Of a DNA stretch of 64,000 nucleotides, positions 50,576-62,349 are shown one piece after another; position 1 is the stretch's first letter; each line of letters opens with the position of its first letter. The notes beneath the pieces are model-generated. The model was not told the DNA's origin and ran no database searches. It was given only the letters and a program-made list of their open reading frames with translations. Made by a program: the position numbers and the translations under genes. Origin of the DNA: an uncultured Pelagibacteraceae bacterium (lineage in GTDB: Bacteria; Pseudomonadota; Alphaproteobacteria; Pelagibacterales; Pelagibacteraceae); NCBI GenBank assembly GCA_902593445.1, contig CACJIJ010000001.1, forward strand, positions 15,069-79,068. The letters run 5' to 3'.

Positions 50576-53494
50576 TTAATCAAATACCTTGTTAATTATT
50601 TCTTGTTGTTGAGAATTATGCCTTTTGGCATATCCTGTTGCAGGAGTTGCGTCTGGGCTTCTTCCTATATAAGAAATTTTATTATTATTAGCCTTTAAAG
50701 TGTCTAATGTCCATTGGATATAATCTCTAACTGAAAACCAAGCACCCATATTTTTTGGTTCTTCTTGACACCAAAAGAATTCAGCATTTTTAGCGTAGGG
50801 TTTTAACTCTTTAACCAAAGCTTTTGCTGGAAATGGATACAATTGTTCAATTCTATACATCAATACATCATCTCTTTTAAGCTTTTCTCTGGCGTCTAAC
50901 AAATCAAAATATACTTTTCCAGAACAAAGAATTACTTTTCTTATTTTAGAACTTTCTTTTAGTTTAATAAATCCTTTAGACTTAGGATCTATAGCATGAT
51001 CCCACAATACTCTATGGAAAGTATTTTTTTTGTTAAAATCTTCTAAATTTGAAACACAATACTTATTTCTTAATAATGATTTTGGTGTCATTATGATTAG
51101 TGGCTTTCTGAAACTCCTATGCATTTGTCTTCTTAAAGCATGAAAATAATTTGCTGGGGTTGTGCAGTTCATTACTTGCATATTATCGTTTGAGCATAGT
51201 TGTAAAAATCTTTCTAATCTTGCTGAAGAATGTTCTGGTCCTTGTCCTTCATATCCGTGAGGTAACAACATTACTATACCAGATGCTCTATTCCATTTTC
51301 TCTCACCAGATGCAATAAATTGATCAATTACTACTTGAGCTCCATTAGCAAAGTCACCGAATTGTGCTTCCCAAAGAGTAAGTGTGTTTGGCTCTACTAA
51401 ACTATAACCATATTCAAAACCTAAAACTGCAAGTTCAGATAAAAAACTATCTACTACTTCAAATTGTTTTTGATTTTTAGAAATATTATTCAGTGGAATA
51501 TACCTAGAATTGTCTATTTGATTTCTTAAAACAGAATGTCGTTGACTGAATGTTCCTCTTCCAGAGTCTTGTCCTACAAGCCTAACTGGATATCCCTCTT
51601 CTAGCAAAGATCCAAAAGCTAAAGATTCAGCTGAAGACCAATCGATTCCAGTACCTTTCTCGACACTTTCTTTTCTGGCATTAAATATTTTAGAGATAGT
51701 CTTGTGAATATTTTTTTCCTTAGGAATACCATTTATTTTACCTGAGATTATTTTTAATTTACTTTCATCGAAACCCGTTATGCCCCTCTTATCTTTACCT
51801 CTTTCAGGTTTATATCTTGACCATGTTCCCTCAAACCATTCTATTTTAGGTTTATAATCTTTTGCACTTTTGTATTGTTCATCAAGTAAATCTTTAAATG
51901 ATTTAACATTTTGATTTAATAATTCTTCAGTTATAGATTTTTCGTTTACTAATTTATTTCCATAAATTTTGTAAACACTGGGATGAGATCTAATTTTTTT
52001 ATACATTAAAGGTTGAGTAAATGAAGGTTCATCTCCCTCATTATGTCCAAATCTTCTATAACAAATTAAATCTACTACAACGTCTCTATTAAATTTTAAT
52101 CGAAATTCTGTTGCTATTCTAGTTGCATAAACAACTGCTTCTGGATCATCACCATTAACATGAAGAATTGGAGCCTCTACCATTTTTGCAACATCAGATG
52201 GATAAGGTGAAGACCTCGCAAATCTTGGACTAGTAGTAAATCCTATCTGGTTATTAACAATAATATGAATTGTTCCTCCAGTGTTATGTCCTGGTAGTCC
52301 AGACATTGCAAAACATTCTGCCACAACTCCTTGACCAGCAAAGGCTGCATCCCCATGAATGAGAATGGGTATAACTTTATTTCTTTCCCGGTCTTTATGA
52401 AAAAATTGTTTGGCTCTTGTTTGACCTAAAACAACTGGGTTAACAGCTTCTAAATGAGAAGGATTATCTGTTAAACTGACATGCACAGAGTTTCCGTCAA
52501 ACTCTCTATCTGATGATGCTCCAAGATGATATTTTACATCTCCAGCACTATCTTCAGAATCAGTACTAAACTCACCAGCAAACTCATTAAAAATTTTTTT
52601 GTAAGATTTTTGTAAAACGTTTGCCAAAACGTTAAGCCTACCTCTATGAGACATACCTATTTTAACTTCTTTTATATTATTTTGACCACCAATTTTTATT
52701 ATTTGTTCAAGAGCAGGTATTAAACTTTCGCCACCATCTAAACCAAATCTTTTTGTTCCCACATACTTTGTAGCTAAAAATTTTTCAAATCCTTCTGCCT
52801 GTACCAATTTATTTAAAATTGCCTCTTTACCATTTTTTGTAAATTGGAGTGCATTTTTGTCTTGTTCTATCCTGTCTCTAAACCACTTTCTTTCATCTGG
52901 GTTTGAAATATGCATGAATTCATAACCTATTTTTCCACAGTAAGTTTTCTTCATAAACTTAAGTATTTCTCTTATATTTGCATATTTACGATTGATTACC
53001 CCGTTTAGAAAAATTTTCTTATTGTAATTTTCTTTTTTAAAACCGTAAAAATCTGGATGAAGCTCATCTAGATATTCTGACTCTCTCATTTCTAAAGGAT
53101 CAAGATCCGCTAATAAATGTCCTCTTAGTCTATATGCTCTAATTAATGCTACAGCACTAATAGAATCTTTATTTGAGTCAGCAAGTAATTGAAAATTAAA
53201 TTTTTCTGAAGTGTCTAATTTGACATTATTAAAATCATTTTTATCTTGTTCTTCTATTTTTTTTTGTAATTCATCAATATCAATCTTTTTTTTAGTAGGT
53301 CCCCATGATGGACCATTAATTTCTTTTGCTATAACATTTAATTCTTCACCAATTCCCTCAAAATAATTTGCCCAACTTTCTGGAAGATCAGCATCTTTAT
53401 TTACAAACTTTAAATACATTTCTTCTATAAATGCACTATTAGATTTGTTTAAAAATGAAGTTTTTTCGAAATCAAGATTTTTTGATGAAGACAT
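50576..53494 (-). CDS. sucA: 2-oxoglutarate dehydrogenase E1
   Basis: [54 protein letters not shown]. Confidence 0.98.
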   Translation of the reverse strand: MSSSKNLDFEKTSFLNKSNSAFIEEMYLKFVNKDADLPESWANYFEGIGEELNVIAKEINGPSWGPTKKKIDIDELQKKIEEQDKNDFNNVKLDTSEKFNFQLLADSNKDSISAVALIRAYRLRGHLLADLDPLEMRESEYLDELHPDFYGFKKENYNKKIFLNGVINRKYANIREILKFMKKTYCGKIGYEFMHISNPDERKWFRDRIEQDKNALQFTKNGKEAILNKLVQAEGFEKFLATKYVGTKRFGLDGGESLIPALEQIIKIGGQNNIKEVKIGMSHRGRLNVLANVLQKSYKKIFNEFAGEFSTDSEDSAGDVKYHLGASSDREFDGNSVHVSLTDNPSHLEAVNPVVLGQTRAKQFFHKDRERNKVIPILIHGDAAFAGQGVVAECFAMSGLPGHNTGGTIHIIVNNQIGFTTSPRFARSSPYPSDVAKMVEAPILHVNGDDPEAVVYATRIATEFRLKFNRDVVVDLICYRRFGHNEGDEPSFTQPLMYKKIRSHPSVYKIYGNKLVNEKSITEELLNQNVKSFKDLLDEQYKSAKDYKPKIEWFEGTWSRYKPERGKDKRGITGFDESKLKIISGKINGIPKEKNIHKTISKIFNARKESVEKGTGIDWSSAESLAFGSLLEEGYPVRLVGQDSGRGTFSQRHSVLRNQIDNSRYIPLNNISKNQKQFEVVDSFLSELAVLGFEYGYSLVEPNTLTLWEAQFGDFANGAQVVIDQFIASGERKWNRASGIVMLLPHGYEGQGPEHSSARLERFLQLCSNDNMQVMNCTTPANYFHALRRQMHRSFRKPLIIMTPKSLLRNKYCVSNLEDFNKKNTFHRVLWDHAIDPKSKGFIKLKESSKIRKVILCSGKVYFDLLDAREKLKRDDVLMYRIEQLYPFPAKALVKELKPYAKNAEFFWCQEEPKNMGAWFSVRDYIQWTLDTLKANNNKISYIGRSPDATPATGYAKRHNSQQQEIINKVFD

Positions 53495-53529
53495 CTTTTT
53501 TATTTAATATATCCCTCTAATATTTTTTT

Positions 53530-54405
53530 TCAATTAGACAGTTTATCAAATAAAGTTTTTCCAATAATTGAGGGTGATTTAGCAACAGTAATACCACATT
53601 CTTCCATTTTTTTTATTTTATCTTCAGCTCCACCCTTGCCACCTGATATAATGGCACCAGCATGCCCCATTCTCCTTCCTGGAGGAGCGGTAATTCCAGC
53701 AATAAATCCAACAATTGGTTTTTTAATCTTATGATTTTTTATAAAGTCAGCTGCTTCTTCTTCGGCTGTTCCTCCAATTTCACCTATCATTAAAATAGAT
53801 TCTGTTTCAGAATCATTTAAAAATAAATCTAAACAATCTATAAAATTTGTTCCATTAATAGGATCACCACCAATACCAATACAAGTTGATTGACCCAGTC
53901 CATTTTCAGTAGTTTGTGCTACTGCTTCATATGTCAATGTTCCTGACCTTGATACAATTCCAACACTTCCTCTTTTGTGAATACTTCCTGGCATAATCCC
54001 AATTTTACATTCATCTGGTGTGATTATTCCTGGACAATTAGGTCCAATTAATCTGCTATTAGAGCCAGTTAATTTTTGTCTTACCTTAAGCATATCCTGA
54101 ATTGGAATTCCCTCTGTTATACAAACAATAAGCTCAACTGATGCATCAATAGCTTCAATGATTGCTGCTGCAGCAAATTTAGCAGGTACATAAATCATAG
54201 TTGCGTCAGCGCCAACTTCATTTTTTGCTTCTAAAACGCTATTAAAAACTGGTCTGTCTAAATGTTTTTGTCCACCTTTCTTTGGCGTAACTCCACCAAC
54301 AAGATTTGTTCCATATTTTATAGCCTGCTCTGAATGAAATGTTCCGTGTGAGCCAGTAAATCCCTGACAAATTACTTTAGTATTTTTATTTACCAAAACC
54401 GACAT
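53530..54405 (-). CDS. sucD: Succinyl-CoA synthetase alpha subunit
   Basis: [31 protein letters not shown]. Confidence 0.98.
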   Translation of the reverse strand: MSVLVNKNTKVICQGFTGSHGTFHSEQAIKYGTNLVGGVTPKKGGQKHLDRPVFNSVLEAKNEVGADATMIYVPAKFAAAAIIEAIDASVELIVCITEGIPIQDMLKVRQKLTGSNSRLIGPNCPGIITPDECKIGIMPGSIHKRGSVGIVSRSGTLTYEAVAQTTENGLGQSTCIGIGGDPINGTNFIDCLDLFLNDSETESILMIGEIGGTAEEEAADFIKNHKIKKPIVGFIAGITAPPGRRMGHAGAIISGGKGGAEDKIKKMEECGITVAKSPSIIGKTLFDKLSN

Positions 54406-54406
54406 T

Positions 54407-55567
54407 TTATTTTATCGCCTCAACAATTTTCTTAGCAGCATCATCTAAATTTTCTGCGGAAATTAATTTTAATCCAGAATTATCAAGAATTTCTTTTCCT
54501 TCCTTGAAATTTGTACCTGCTAATCGTACAACTAAAGGTACACTTATATTTATTTCCTTAGCTGCATCAACTACTCCTTGAGCAAGAACATCGCATCGCA
54601 TAATTCCTCCAAAAATATTTATTAAAATACCTTTAACATTTTTATCTGAAAGAATTATCTTTAATGCAGCAGATACTTTTTCTTTGGATGCACCACCGCC
54701 TACATCTAAAAAATTTGCTGGCGCTTTACCATACAATTTAATTATATCCATTGTTGCCATAGCCAATCCTGCTCCATTCACCATACAGCCTATACTTCCA
54801 TCTAGCTTGATATATGCAAGATCATGCTTGCTAGCTTCTATCTCGGTAGGATCTTCCTCATTTAAATCTCTTAATTCAACAATTTCTGGATGCCTGAATA
54901 AAGCGTTAGAATCGAAATTAACTTTTGCATCCAAACAAACAATTTTTTCCTCTTTTGTCAAAATTAATGGATTTACTTCAACCATATTTGCATCAGTACT
55001 CACAAACATTTTATAGATTGATTTAATTAATGTTATTGCTTGTTTTTTTGTGTTTTCATTTAAATTAAAAATATTAATTATTTTTTCACAATCTGAATCA
55101 GAAATTTCATCACCCATATCAACTTTTGTAGTTATAATTTTTTCAGGTAAACTGCTTGCAACTTCTTCAATGTCCACCCCTCCTTGGTCACTTGATATAA
55201 ATGCAATTTTAGAACTTGCCCTATCAACCAGGCAGGATAAGTAAAATTCTTTATCTATATTTGATGATTCTTCTACGTATAATCTTTTTACCTCTCTACC
55301 TTCAGGGCCAGTTTGATGAGTAACTAGTGTTTTTCCTAGTAATTCTTTAGCTGCTACTGTTAGTTCCTCAATAGAGTTTAAAATTTTTACACCACCTGCT
55401 TTTCCTCTACCTCCAGCATGGATTTGTGCTTTAAGTACATATTTCTCAGTTTTGATTGCTTTTGCTTTTTCAATAAGTTCATCAACACTAAGCGCAAATA
55501 CTCCTTCGGGAACTACGGCTCCATATTTTTTTAATATTTGTTTAGCTTGATGCTCGTGAATATTCAT
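54407..55567 (-). CDS. sucC: Succinyl-CoA synthetase beta subunit
   Basis: [47 protein letters not shown]. Confidence 0.98.
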   Translation of the reverse strand: MNIHEHQAKQILKKYGAVVPEGVFALSVDELIEKAKAIKTEKYVLKAQIHAGGRGKAGGVKILNSIEELTVAAKELLGKTLVTHQTGPEGREVKRLYVEESSNIDKEFYLSCLVDRASSKIAFISSDQGGVDIEEVASSLPEKIITTKVDMGDEISDSDCEKIINIFNLNENTKKQAITLIKSIYKMFVSTDANMVEVNPLILTKEEKIVCLDAKVNFDSNALFRHPEIVELRDLNEEDPTEIEASKHDLAYIKLDGSIGCMVNGAGLAMATMDIIKLYGKAPANFLDVGGGASKEKVSAALKIILSDKNVKGILINIFGGIMRCDVLAQGVVDAAKEINISVPLVVRLAGTNFKEGKEILDNSGLKLISAENLDDAAKKIVEAIK

Positions 55568-55569
55568 TA

Positions 55570-56532
55570 TTATTTAGATAAATCAGGATCTATTTTAGAT
55601 GCAGCTTCCCATAAAGCTTTTACAGCATCTATTGAATGCATAAATTCTTTTTTTTCTTTTTCATCTAAATCAATCTCTTCAATTTTTTCTACACCATCTT
55701 TTCCAATCACAACAGGAACACCTGCATAAACATTTTTCACACCATATTCTCCATTTAATTGTACAGCGCAGGGTAATAATTTTTTCTGATCATTCAAATA
55801 TGCTTCTGCCATTTGAACACCTGAAGCTGCTGGTGCATAAAAGGCTGATCCTTTTTCTAAATATTTAACTATTTCCGCACCACCATCTCGTGTTCTTTGA
55901 TTAATTTCCTCAACTCTTTCTGAAGAAATCTTTCCATCCTTTACAAGATCTAACAATGGTTTACCTGAAATTTTTGTAAATCTTGGCATAGGCACCATGG
56001 TGTCACCATGACCACCCATAACCATTGCCTCAATTTCATTTACTGGCACATTAAGTTCTAATGATAAAAATAATTTGAATCTCGAACTATCTAAAATACC
56101 CGCCATACCAACAACTTTATTTGATGGCAAACCTGAAAATTTTTGAAATGCCATTACCATAACATCTAAAGGATTGGTGATACAGATCACAAAAGCGTTA
56201 GGAGCATTTTTCTTTACCCCCTCAGCAACTTGTTTAATAATTTTTAAATTAATTCCAAGAAGATCGTCTCGGCTCATTCCAGGTTTTCTTGGAACACCTG
56301 CTGTAATTATAATTACATCTGAATCTTTTATATCCTCATAATTATCAGTTCCTGAAAACCTAACATTGAAACCATCTACAGATGAGGATTGTGCAATATC
56401 TAATGCTTTTCCTTTTGCGATACCACTAGCTACATCAAATAAAACCACTTCATTTACTAATTCTTTTGTTCCTATTAAATGTGCAAGAGTTCCACCTATT
56501 TGGCCTGCACCAATTAAAGATATTTTTGTCAT
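55570..56532 (-). CDS. mdh: Malate dehydrogenase (LDH-like)
   Basis: [42 protein letters not shown]. Confidence 0.97.
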   Translation of the reverse strand: MTKISLIGAGQIGGTLAHLIGTKELVNEVVLFDVASGIAKGKALDIAQSSSVDGFNVRFSGTDNYEDIKDSDVIIITAGVPRKPGMSRDDLLGINLKIIKQVAEGVKKNAPNAFVICITNPLDVMVMAFQKFSGLPSNKVVGMAGILDSSRFKLFLSLELNVPVNEIEAMVMGGHGDTMVPMPRFTKISGKPLLDLVKDGKISSERVEEINQRTRDGGAEIVKYLEKGSAFYAPAASGVQMAEAYLNDQKKLLPCAVQLNGEYGVKNVYAGVPVVIGKDGVEKIEEIDLDEKEKKEFMHSIDAVKALWEAASKIDPDLSK

Positions 56533-56541
56533 TTATTTCCT

Positions 56542-58035
56542 TTATTTCATTGTTGGCATAACAAATTCCGCATTTGATCGGACACCTGAAGGCCATCTGG
56601 ATGTTACTGTTTTAAGTTTAGTATAAAATTTTATTCCTTCCATACCATGCATTCCACTATCTCCAAATAATGATCTTTTCCAACCACCAAAACTATGAAA
56701 TGCCATTGGAACTGGGATCGGCACGTTAATACCAACCATACCTACTTGAATTTTACTTGCAAAAGTTCTGCCTGCATCACCGTCTCTTGTATAAATACTA
56801 ACTCCATTTCCGTACTCATGGTCGTTAATTAATTTTGCAGCTTCTTCAAAAGTTTTTACTCGAACAACTGATAAGACTGGACCGAATATTTCTTCTTTGT
56901 AAATTCTCATATCTTTATTTACATGATCAAATAAACATCCACCTATATAGAAACCATTTTCATAACCTTGAAGTTTTAAACCTCTTCCATCAACAACTAG
57001 CTTTGCGCCTTCCTCGACACCTAAATCAACGTAACTTGTAACTTTTTTTAAATGTTCTTTTGTAACTAAAGGTCCCATTTCTGATGCTTTATCCATTCCA
57101 GGACCAACTTTTAAAGCTTCAGCTTTTTTTGATAATCTTGATACAAGTTCATCACCGATATCTCCAACCGCAACCGCAACTGATTGAGCCATACATCTTT
57201 CTCCAGCTGAACCATAAGCAGCACCCATTAAACCATTTACTGCACCATCTAAATCACAATCTGGCATAACAACTAAATGGTTTTTTGCTCCACCCAAAGC
57301 TTGAACTCTTTTTTCATTTTTAGCTGAATTTTCATAAATATATTTTGCAATAGGAGTAGATCCTACGAAACTAACAGCTTTGATATCTTTGTTTTCTAAA
57401 ATTGCATCAACAGCTTCTTTATCTCCATTTATTACGTTAAATACTCCTTCTGGAAGACCCGCCTCAGAAAGTAGTTCTGCCAATCTTATTGCACAAGAAG
57501 GGTCTTTTTCTGATGGTTTAAGAATAAAAGTGTTTCCACAAGCTATTGCGATTGGAAACATCCACATTGGTACCATAGCTGGAAAATTAAAAGGCGTGAT
57601 ACCTGCAACAACTCCTAATGGTTGTCTGATTGACCAACTATCAACATTGGTACCAACATTTTCTGAAAACTCACCTTTTAATAAATGTGGTATTCCACAA
57701 GCAAATTCTACTACCTCAAGTCCTCTGGTTAAAGATCCTCTTGCATCCTCATAAACTTTTCCATGTTCTGAAACTATTAACTTCGTTAATTCATCTGAAT
57801 TTTTTTCAATTAATTCTTTAAATTTAAATATTATTCGAGCTCTTTGTAGAGCAGGTTTTAAAGACCAAGTTTCAAATGCTTTTTTTGCTACCTCAACAGC
57901 ACTATCTAAGTCAGATCTTGAAGCAAGTCTTACCTCTGACTCTTGTTCGCCAGTTGCTGGATTAAAAACTTTCCCTTTTTTATCTGAAGATCCCGGAATT
58001 ATTTTACCGTTTACGAAGTGTTCTATTAATTTCAT
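56542..58035 (-). CDS. mmsA: CoA-acylating (methyl)malonate-semialdehyde dehydrogenase (MmsA/IolA/DddC family)
   Basis: RGLEVVEFACG, ITPFNFPAMVP.WMFP, KPSEKDP, FVGST, GGAKNH, GERCMA, EEIFGP, GINVPIPVP. Confidence 0.92.
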   Translation of the reverse strand: MKLIEHFVNGKIIPGSSDKKGKVFNPATGEQESEVRLASRSDLDSAVEVAKKAFETWSLKPALQRARIIFKFKELIEKNSDELTKLIVSEHGKVYEDARGSLTRGLEVVEFACGIPHLLKGEFSENVGTNVDSWSIRQPLGVVAGITPFNFPAMVPMWMFPIAIACGNTFILKPSEKDPSCAIRLAELLSEAGLPEGVFNVINGDKEAVDAILENKDIKAVSFVGSTPIAKYIYENSAKNEKRVQALGGAKNHLVVMPDCDLDGAVNGLMGAAYGSAGERCMAQSVAVAVGDIGDELVSRLSKKAEALKVGPGMDKASEMGPLVTKEHLKKVTSYVDLGVEEGAKLVVDGRGLKLQGYENGFYIGGCLFDHVNKDMRIYKEEIFGPVLSVVRVKTFEEAAKLINDHEYGNGVSIYTRDGDAGRTFASKIQVGMVGINVPIPVPMAFHSFGGWKRSLFGDSGMHGMEGIKFYTKLKTVTSRWPSGVRSNAEFVMPTMK

Positions 58036-58074
58036 GAATACGGTGTTTTAGATCAAAAATATCGAATAGTCTAT

Positions 58075-58854
58075 TTAAACATTAGCTGTTGCTAACATTT
58101 TTTTTATTTCAGCTATAGCTTTTGCTGGATTCAAGCCCTTAGGACATGCATTTGTACAATTTAATATTGTATGGCATCTATATAATTTTAATTCATCAGA
58201 AACTTTTTTTAATCTAGCTTTTCTCTCTTCATCTCTACTATCAATAATCCATCTATAAGCCTGTAGCAGAACTGCTGGACCTAAATATTTATCTCCATTC
58301 CACCAATAACTTGGGCAAGATGTAGAACAGCAAGCACACATAATGCATTCGTAAGCACCATCAAGTTTTGCTCTATCTTCTTTAGACTGATAAATTTCTG
58401 TTGTCTGTTTTGTTGAGTTATTTTTTAACCAAGGTTCAATTGATTGATACTGTTTGTACAATCCATCCAAATCACCAATTAAATCTTTTTTAACTTTTAA
58501 ATGAGGTAGAGGATAAATATCAATATCTCCTTCAATTTCAGCATGTGGAGTGGTGCAAGCAAGGCCATTTTTACCCCCCATATTCATTGCACATGAACCA
58601 CATACACCATGAGCACAAGATCTTCTGTATGTTATAGTTGAGTCGATTTCATTTTTGATTTTATTTAAAATATCTAAGACCTTTGAAGGACAATTATCCA
58701 TGTCAACTTCATAAGTGTCTATCCTAGGACCTTCATCTGTGGATGGATCCCATCTATAAATATTTACTTTTCTTAAATTTTTTGATCCTGTTTTATCTTT
58801 AAAGTATTTACCTTTTTTAATTTCAGAATTCTTAGGTAAACTCAATTGAACCAT
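58075..58854 (-). CDS. sdhB: Succinate dehydrogenase iron-sulfur subunit
   Basis: [10 protein letters not shown]...LAC (2Fe-2S), [24 protein letters not shown]. Confidence 0.97.
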   Translation of the reverse strand: MVQLSLPKNSEIKKGKYFKDKTGSKNLRKVNIYRWDPSTDEGPRIDTYEVDMDNCPSKVLDILNKIKNEIDSTITYRRSCAHGVCGSCAMNMGGKNGLACTTPHAEIEGDIDIYPLPHLKVKKDLIGDLDGLYKQYQSIEPWLKNNSTKQTTEIYQSKEDRAKLDGAYECIMCACCSTSCPSYWWNGDKYLGPAVLLQAYRWIIDSRDEERKARLKKVSDELKLYRCHTILNCTNACPKGLNPAKAIAEIKKMLATANV

Positions 58855-60629
58855 TAATATACTCGCTCTTGTGGTGGAAAATATTGAACTTCATTTGTTA
58901 ATGTTGATTTGTGTACTGCTCTGTAACTTATCTTTGTATTTTTCCCATCACACCAAGCAAGAGTATGTTGCATAAACTTTTCGTCATCTCTATTTGGATA
59001 GTCATCTCTCGCGTGGGCACCTCTACTCTCTTTTCTATGATATGCAGATTCTACGGTAGTTACTGCTTGTCTTATTAAATTATCAAATTCCAGTGTTTCA
59101 ACTAAATCAGTATTAAATACTAAAGACCTATCTTTAACTGAGATTGTGTCCATACCATCATAGGTTTTTTTAATCTCATCTACGCCTTCTTTAAGATTTT
59201 TTTCTGTTCTAAAAACTGCACATTTGGACTGCATAGTTTTTTGCATTGAAAGTCTAAGTTCTGCAGTACTGTTATCTCCTTCTGCATTTCTAAGTTTATC
59301 AAATCTATCTAAACATTTTTGTGTTTCTGACTCGGGAATTTCTTCATGAGGTGTTCCTGGCTTAACTAATTCAGCTGCTCTTTTAGCTGCTGCTCTTCCA
59401 AATACTACTAAATCAATTAAAGAATTAGAACCAAGTCTATTTGCTCCGTGAACAGAAACACATGCCGCTTCTCCTATAGCCATTAAACCTGGAACAGTTT
59501 TTTCTGAGCCATTTACAGTTAATACTTCTGCTTTATAGTTTGTTGGAATACCACCCATATTATAATGAACTGTTGGTACAACGGGAATTGGTTCCTTAGT
59601 TACATCTACATTTGCAAATAATCTTGCTGCATCAGTAATTCCAGGAAGCCTGCTTTCAATAACCTCTTTATCTAAGTGACTTAGGTTCAAATGAACATGA
59701 TCTTGATCTTTTCCAACACCTCTTCCCTCATTAATCTCTATAGACATGGATCTGCTAACAACATCTCTTGATGCTAAATCTTTTGCATTTGGAGCGTACC
59801 TTTCCATAAATCTTTCACCTTTAGAATTTGTAAGATAGCCCCCTTCTCCTCGCGCACCTTCTGTTATTAAAGTACCATGGCCGTAAATTCCTGTTGGATG
59901 AAATTGAACAAATTCCATATCCTGAAGCGGTAATCCAGCTCTTAAAACCATTGCATTACCATCACCTGTGCAAGTATGTGCTGATGTTGCTGAATAATAA
60001 ACTTTGCCATAACCACCTGTAGCAATAATTACTGTATGCGCTCTAAATCTATGAATTGTTCCATCATTCAAATTCCAAGCAATTAGGCCTTTACATTCTC
60101 CATTCTTCATCAACAAATCTAATGCAAAATATTCTATAAAAAATTCTGTATTATGCTTTAACGCTTGTCCATACAATGTATGTAAAATAGCATGTCCTGT
60201 TCTATCGGCTGCTGCACAAGTTCTTTGAACTATTCCATTTCCATAATTTTTTGTCATTCCACCAAATGGTCTTTGATAAATTTTTCCCTCTTCAGTTCTA
60301 CTAAATGGAACTCCATATTTCTCTAATTCTAAAACTGCTTTAGGTGCTTCTTTACATAGATATTCAATACTATCTTGATCACCTAACCAGTCTGCACCTT
60401 TGACAGTATCATACATATGCCATCTCCAGTCATCTTCACCCATATTGCCGAGTGCAGCTGAAATACCACCTTGCGCAGCTGATGTATGACTTCTGGTTGG
60501 AAATACTTTTGAGATACAAGCTGTTTTTAAGCCAGCTTCGCTGAGCCCTACTGCTGCTCTTAAACCTGATCCACCTGCTCCAAGTACAACAACATCGTAC
60601 TCATGGTCTATAATATTATATGCTTTCAT
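58854..60629 (-). CDS. sdhA: Succinate dehydrogenase flavoprotein
   Basis: GAGGSG, RSHT.AAQGG (FAD-linked His), [29 protein letters not shown]. Confidence 0.98.
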   Translation of the reverse strand: MKAYNIIDHEYDVVVLGAGGSGLRAAVGLSEAGLKTACISKVFPTRSHTSAAQGGISAALGNMGEDDWRWHMYDTVKGADWLGDQDSIEYLCKEAPKAVLELEKYGVPFSRTEEGKIYQRPFGGMTKNYGNGIVQRTCAAADRTGHAILHTLYGQALKHNTEFFIEYFALDLLMKNGECKGLIAWNLNDGTIHRFRAHTVIIATGGYGKVYYSATSAHTCTGDGNAMVLRAGLPLQDMEFVQFHPTGIYGHGTLITEGARGEGGYLTNSKGERFMERYAPNAKDLASRDVVSRSMSIEINEGRGVGKDQDHVHLNLSHLDKEVIESRLPGITDAARLFANVDVTKEPIPVVPTVHYNMGGIPTNYKAEVLTVNGSEKTVPGLMAIGEAACVSVHGANRLGSNSLIDLVVFGRAAAKRAAELVKPGTPHEEIPESETQKCLDRFDKLRNAEGDNSTAELRLSMQKTMQSKCAVFRTEKNLKEGVDEIKKTYDGMDTISVKDRSLVFNTDLVETLEFDNLIRQAVTTVESAYHRKESRGAHARDDYPNRDDEKFMQHTLAWCDGKNTKISYRAVHKSTLTNEVQYFPPQERVY

Positions 60630-60955
60630 GTATTTAAGTTTAAAATTACAATTATTGTAATTACTGGGATTGTTATAGCAAAAAAATTTAGGACTTTGTT
60701 TGCGGCATTTTTGGTTTTTTTATCCTTAATATAGTCTTCAAAAACCTCACTTATAGTCAAAGCTGAAAAAAAATAAGCAATAACTAAAAATAATCCAATT
60801 AAGAATTTAGATGGTTGCGTTGTTAAAAAATTCACTATTTCTAAATAACTTTTATCATAAATATTCACTAAATTTATAATAAACCAAAGCATTAAAGGTA
60901 ATAAGATTGCGGAACTAATTTTTAAGAATAACCATTTTTTTGTTACTGGCAGCAT
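60626..60955 (-). CDS. sdhD: Succinate dehydrogenase small membrane anchor, His-free variant
   Basis: Three TMs, V.EDY quinone-site motif, position between sdhC and sdhA; contains no histidine. Confidence 0.85.
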   Translation of the reverse strand: MLPVTKKWLFLKISSAILLPLMLWFIINLVNIYDKSYLEIVNFLTTQPSKFLIGLFLVIAYFFSALTISEVFEDYIKDKKTKNAANKVLNFFAITIPVITIIVILNLNT

Positions 60956-61335
60956 TATATTAATCCTCTGCCAATTGTATAAATTAAAATGGTTAAAATA
61001 ATCGAACCAAAAATAACTAGCAAACCTGTAATTCTTGTTGTTTGTAATTCAAATCCATAGCCCAAATCCATAAACAAGTGTCTTACTTCACTTAACATTT
61101 GAAAACTAAATGACCAGGTTATTCCAATTAAAATAAATTTACCTAAAAAGGTTTCTAAAAAAATTTTTATAATTTGATAATTACTTTCGCCTAGAAGCAT
61201 TAATGCAAACCAAATACAAATTAATGTAATTGCAAAAAAATTAATTATTCCTGTAATTCTATGTGAAATAGATACTAATGAAGAAATATGCCATTTATAA
61301 ATCTGTATATGTGGTGATAAAGGTCTGTTTTCCAT
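60955..61335 (-). CDS. sdhC: Succinate dehydrogenase large membrane anchor (cytochrome b556-type), heme-ligand His replaced
   Basis: RPLSPH..IY, S..HRITG, RHL.MD.G; Gln79 at the heme-His position. Confidence 0.92.
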   Translation of the reverse strand: MENRPLSPHIQIYKWHISSLVSISHRITGIINFFAITLICIWFALMLLGESNYQIIKIFLETFLGKFILIGITWSFSFQMLSEVRHLFMDLGYGFELQTTRITGLLVIFGSIILTILIYTIGRGLI

Positions 61336-61338
61336 ATT

Positions 61339-62334
61339 TTATTTTGAATTAATAATTGTTTCAGCAATTTCAACTGAATTTAGAGCTGCACCTCTTAATA
61401 AATTGTCTGATACTATCCATAAATTAATAGAATTCTCTTTTGTTTTATCTTCTCTAATTCTTGAAATATAAGTCTCGTCTTTTCCTGTAGCTTCTAGTGG
61501 CGTGCTATAACCTCCATTTTCTCTTTTATCAATAACCTCACAACCATCTGCTTTACTTAAAACATCTCTCACTTTTTCTAAAGTATATGGTTTTTCAAAT
61601 TCTATATTTACAGACTCCGAATGAGATACTAAAACAGGAATTCTTACACATGTAGCTGTAAGTTCAATTGACTCATCTAAGATTTTTTTTGTTTCATTTG
61701 TCATTTTTAATTCTTCTTTTGTATATCCATCATCAGCAAAAACATCTATGTGTGGAATAACATTAAAAGCGATTTGTTTAGTAAAATTTTTTGATTCTAT
61801 TTTTTTTCCATCTAAATATTGTTTAGTTTGATCAATTAATTCGTCCATTGGACTTTTACCACCACCTGAAACAGATTGGTAAGTTGAAACTACAACTCTT
61901 TTAATTTTGAATAAATTATGTAGTGGTTTAAGTGCTATAACAAGCTGTGCTGTAGAACAATTTGGATTAGCGATAATATTTTTTTTCATATTTTTAATTT
62001 CAGCTGCATTCACTTGTGGAACGATCAATGGAACATCAGGATCCATCCTAAAAAAACTTGAATTATCTATTACAATTGTGTGCTTGGCAGCTTTTTCTGC
62101 AAATTTTTCAGCAATTTTTCCTCCTGCTGCAAAAAAAGTTATATCTGCTTTTGAAAAATCATATGTCTCTAAATTTTCAACAACATACTCCTTATCTCTA
62201 AAAGAGATTTTTTTTCCTGCACTTTTTTCTGAGGCAACTAAATATAGATTATCAAACTTGAAGTTTTTTTTATCAAATACCTCAAGAGTTTTTCTCCCAA
62301 CATTTCCTGTTGCACCTACTATAGCTATGTTCAT
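61339..62334 (-). CDS. asd: Aspartate-semialdehyde dehydrogenase
   Basis: VGATGNVG, IDNSS.FRM, ANPNCST, TYQS.SG.G, TCVRIPV...HSE, DNL.RGAA.N. Confidence 0.96.
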   Translation of the reverse strand: MNIAIVGATGNVGRKTLEVFDKKNFKFDNLYLVASEKSAGKKISFRDKEYVVENLETYDFSKADITFFAAGGKIAEKFAEKAAKHTIVIDNSSFFRMDPDVPLIVPQVNAAEIKNMKKNIIANPNCSTAQLVIALKPLHNLFKIKRVVVSTYQSVSGGGKSPMDELIDQTKQYLDGKKIESKNFTKQIAFNVIPHIDVFADDGYTKEELKMTNETKKILDESIELTATCVRIPVLVSHSESVNIEFEKPYTLEKVRDVLSKADGCEVIDKRENGGYSTPLEATGKDETYISRIREDKTKENSINLWIVSDNLLRGAALNSVEIAETIINSK

Positions 62335-62349
62335 TTTAAAGTTGTTATA

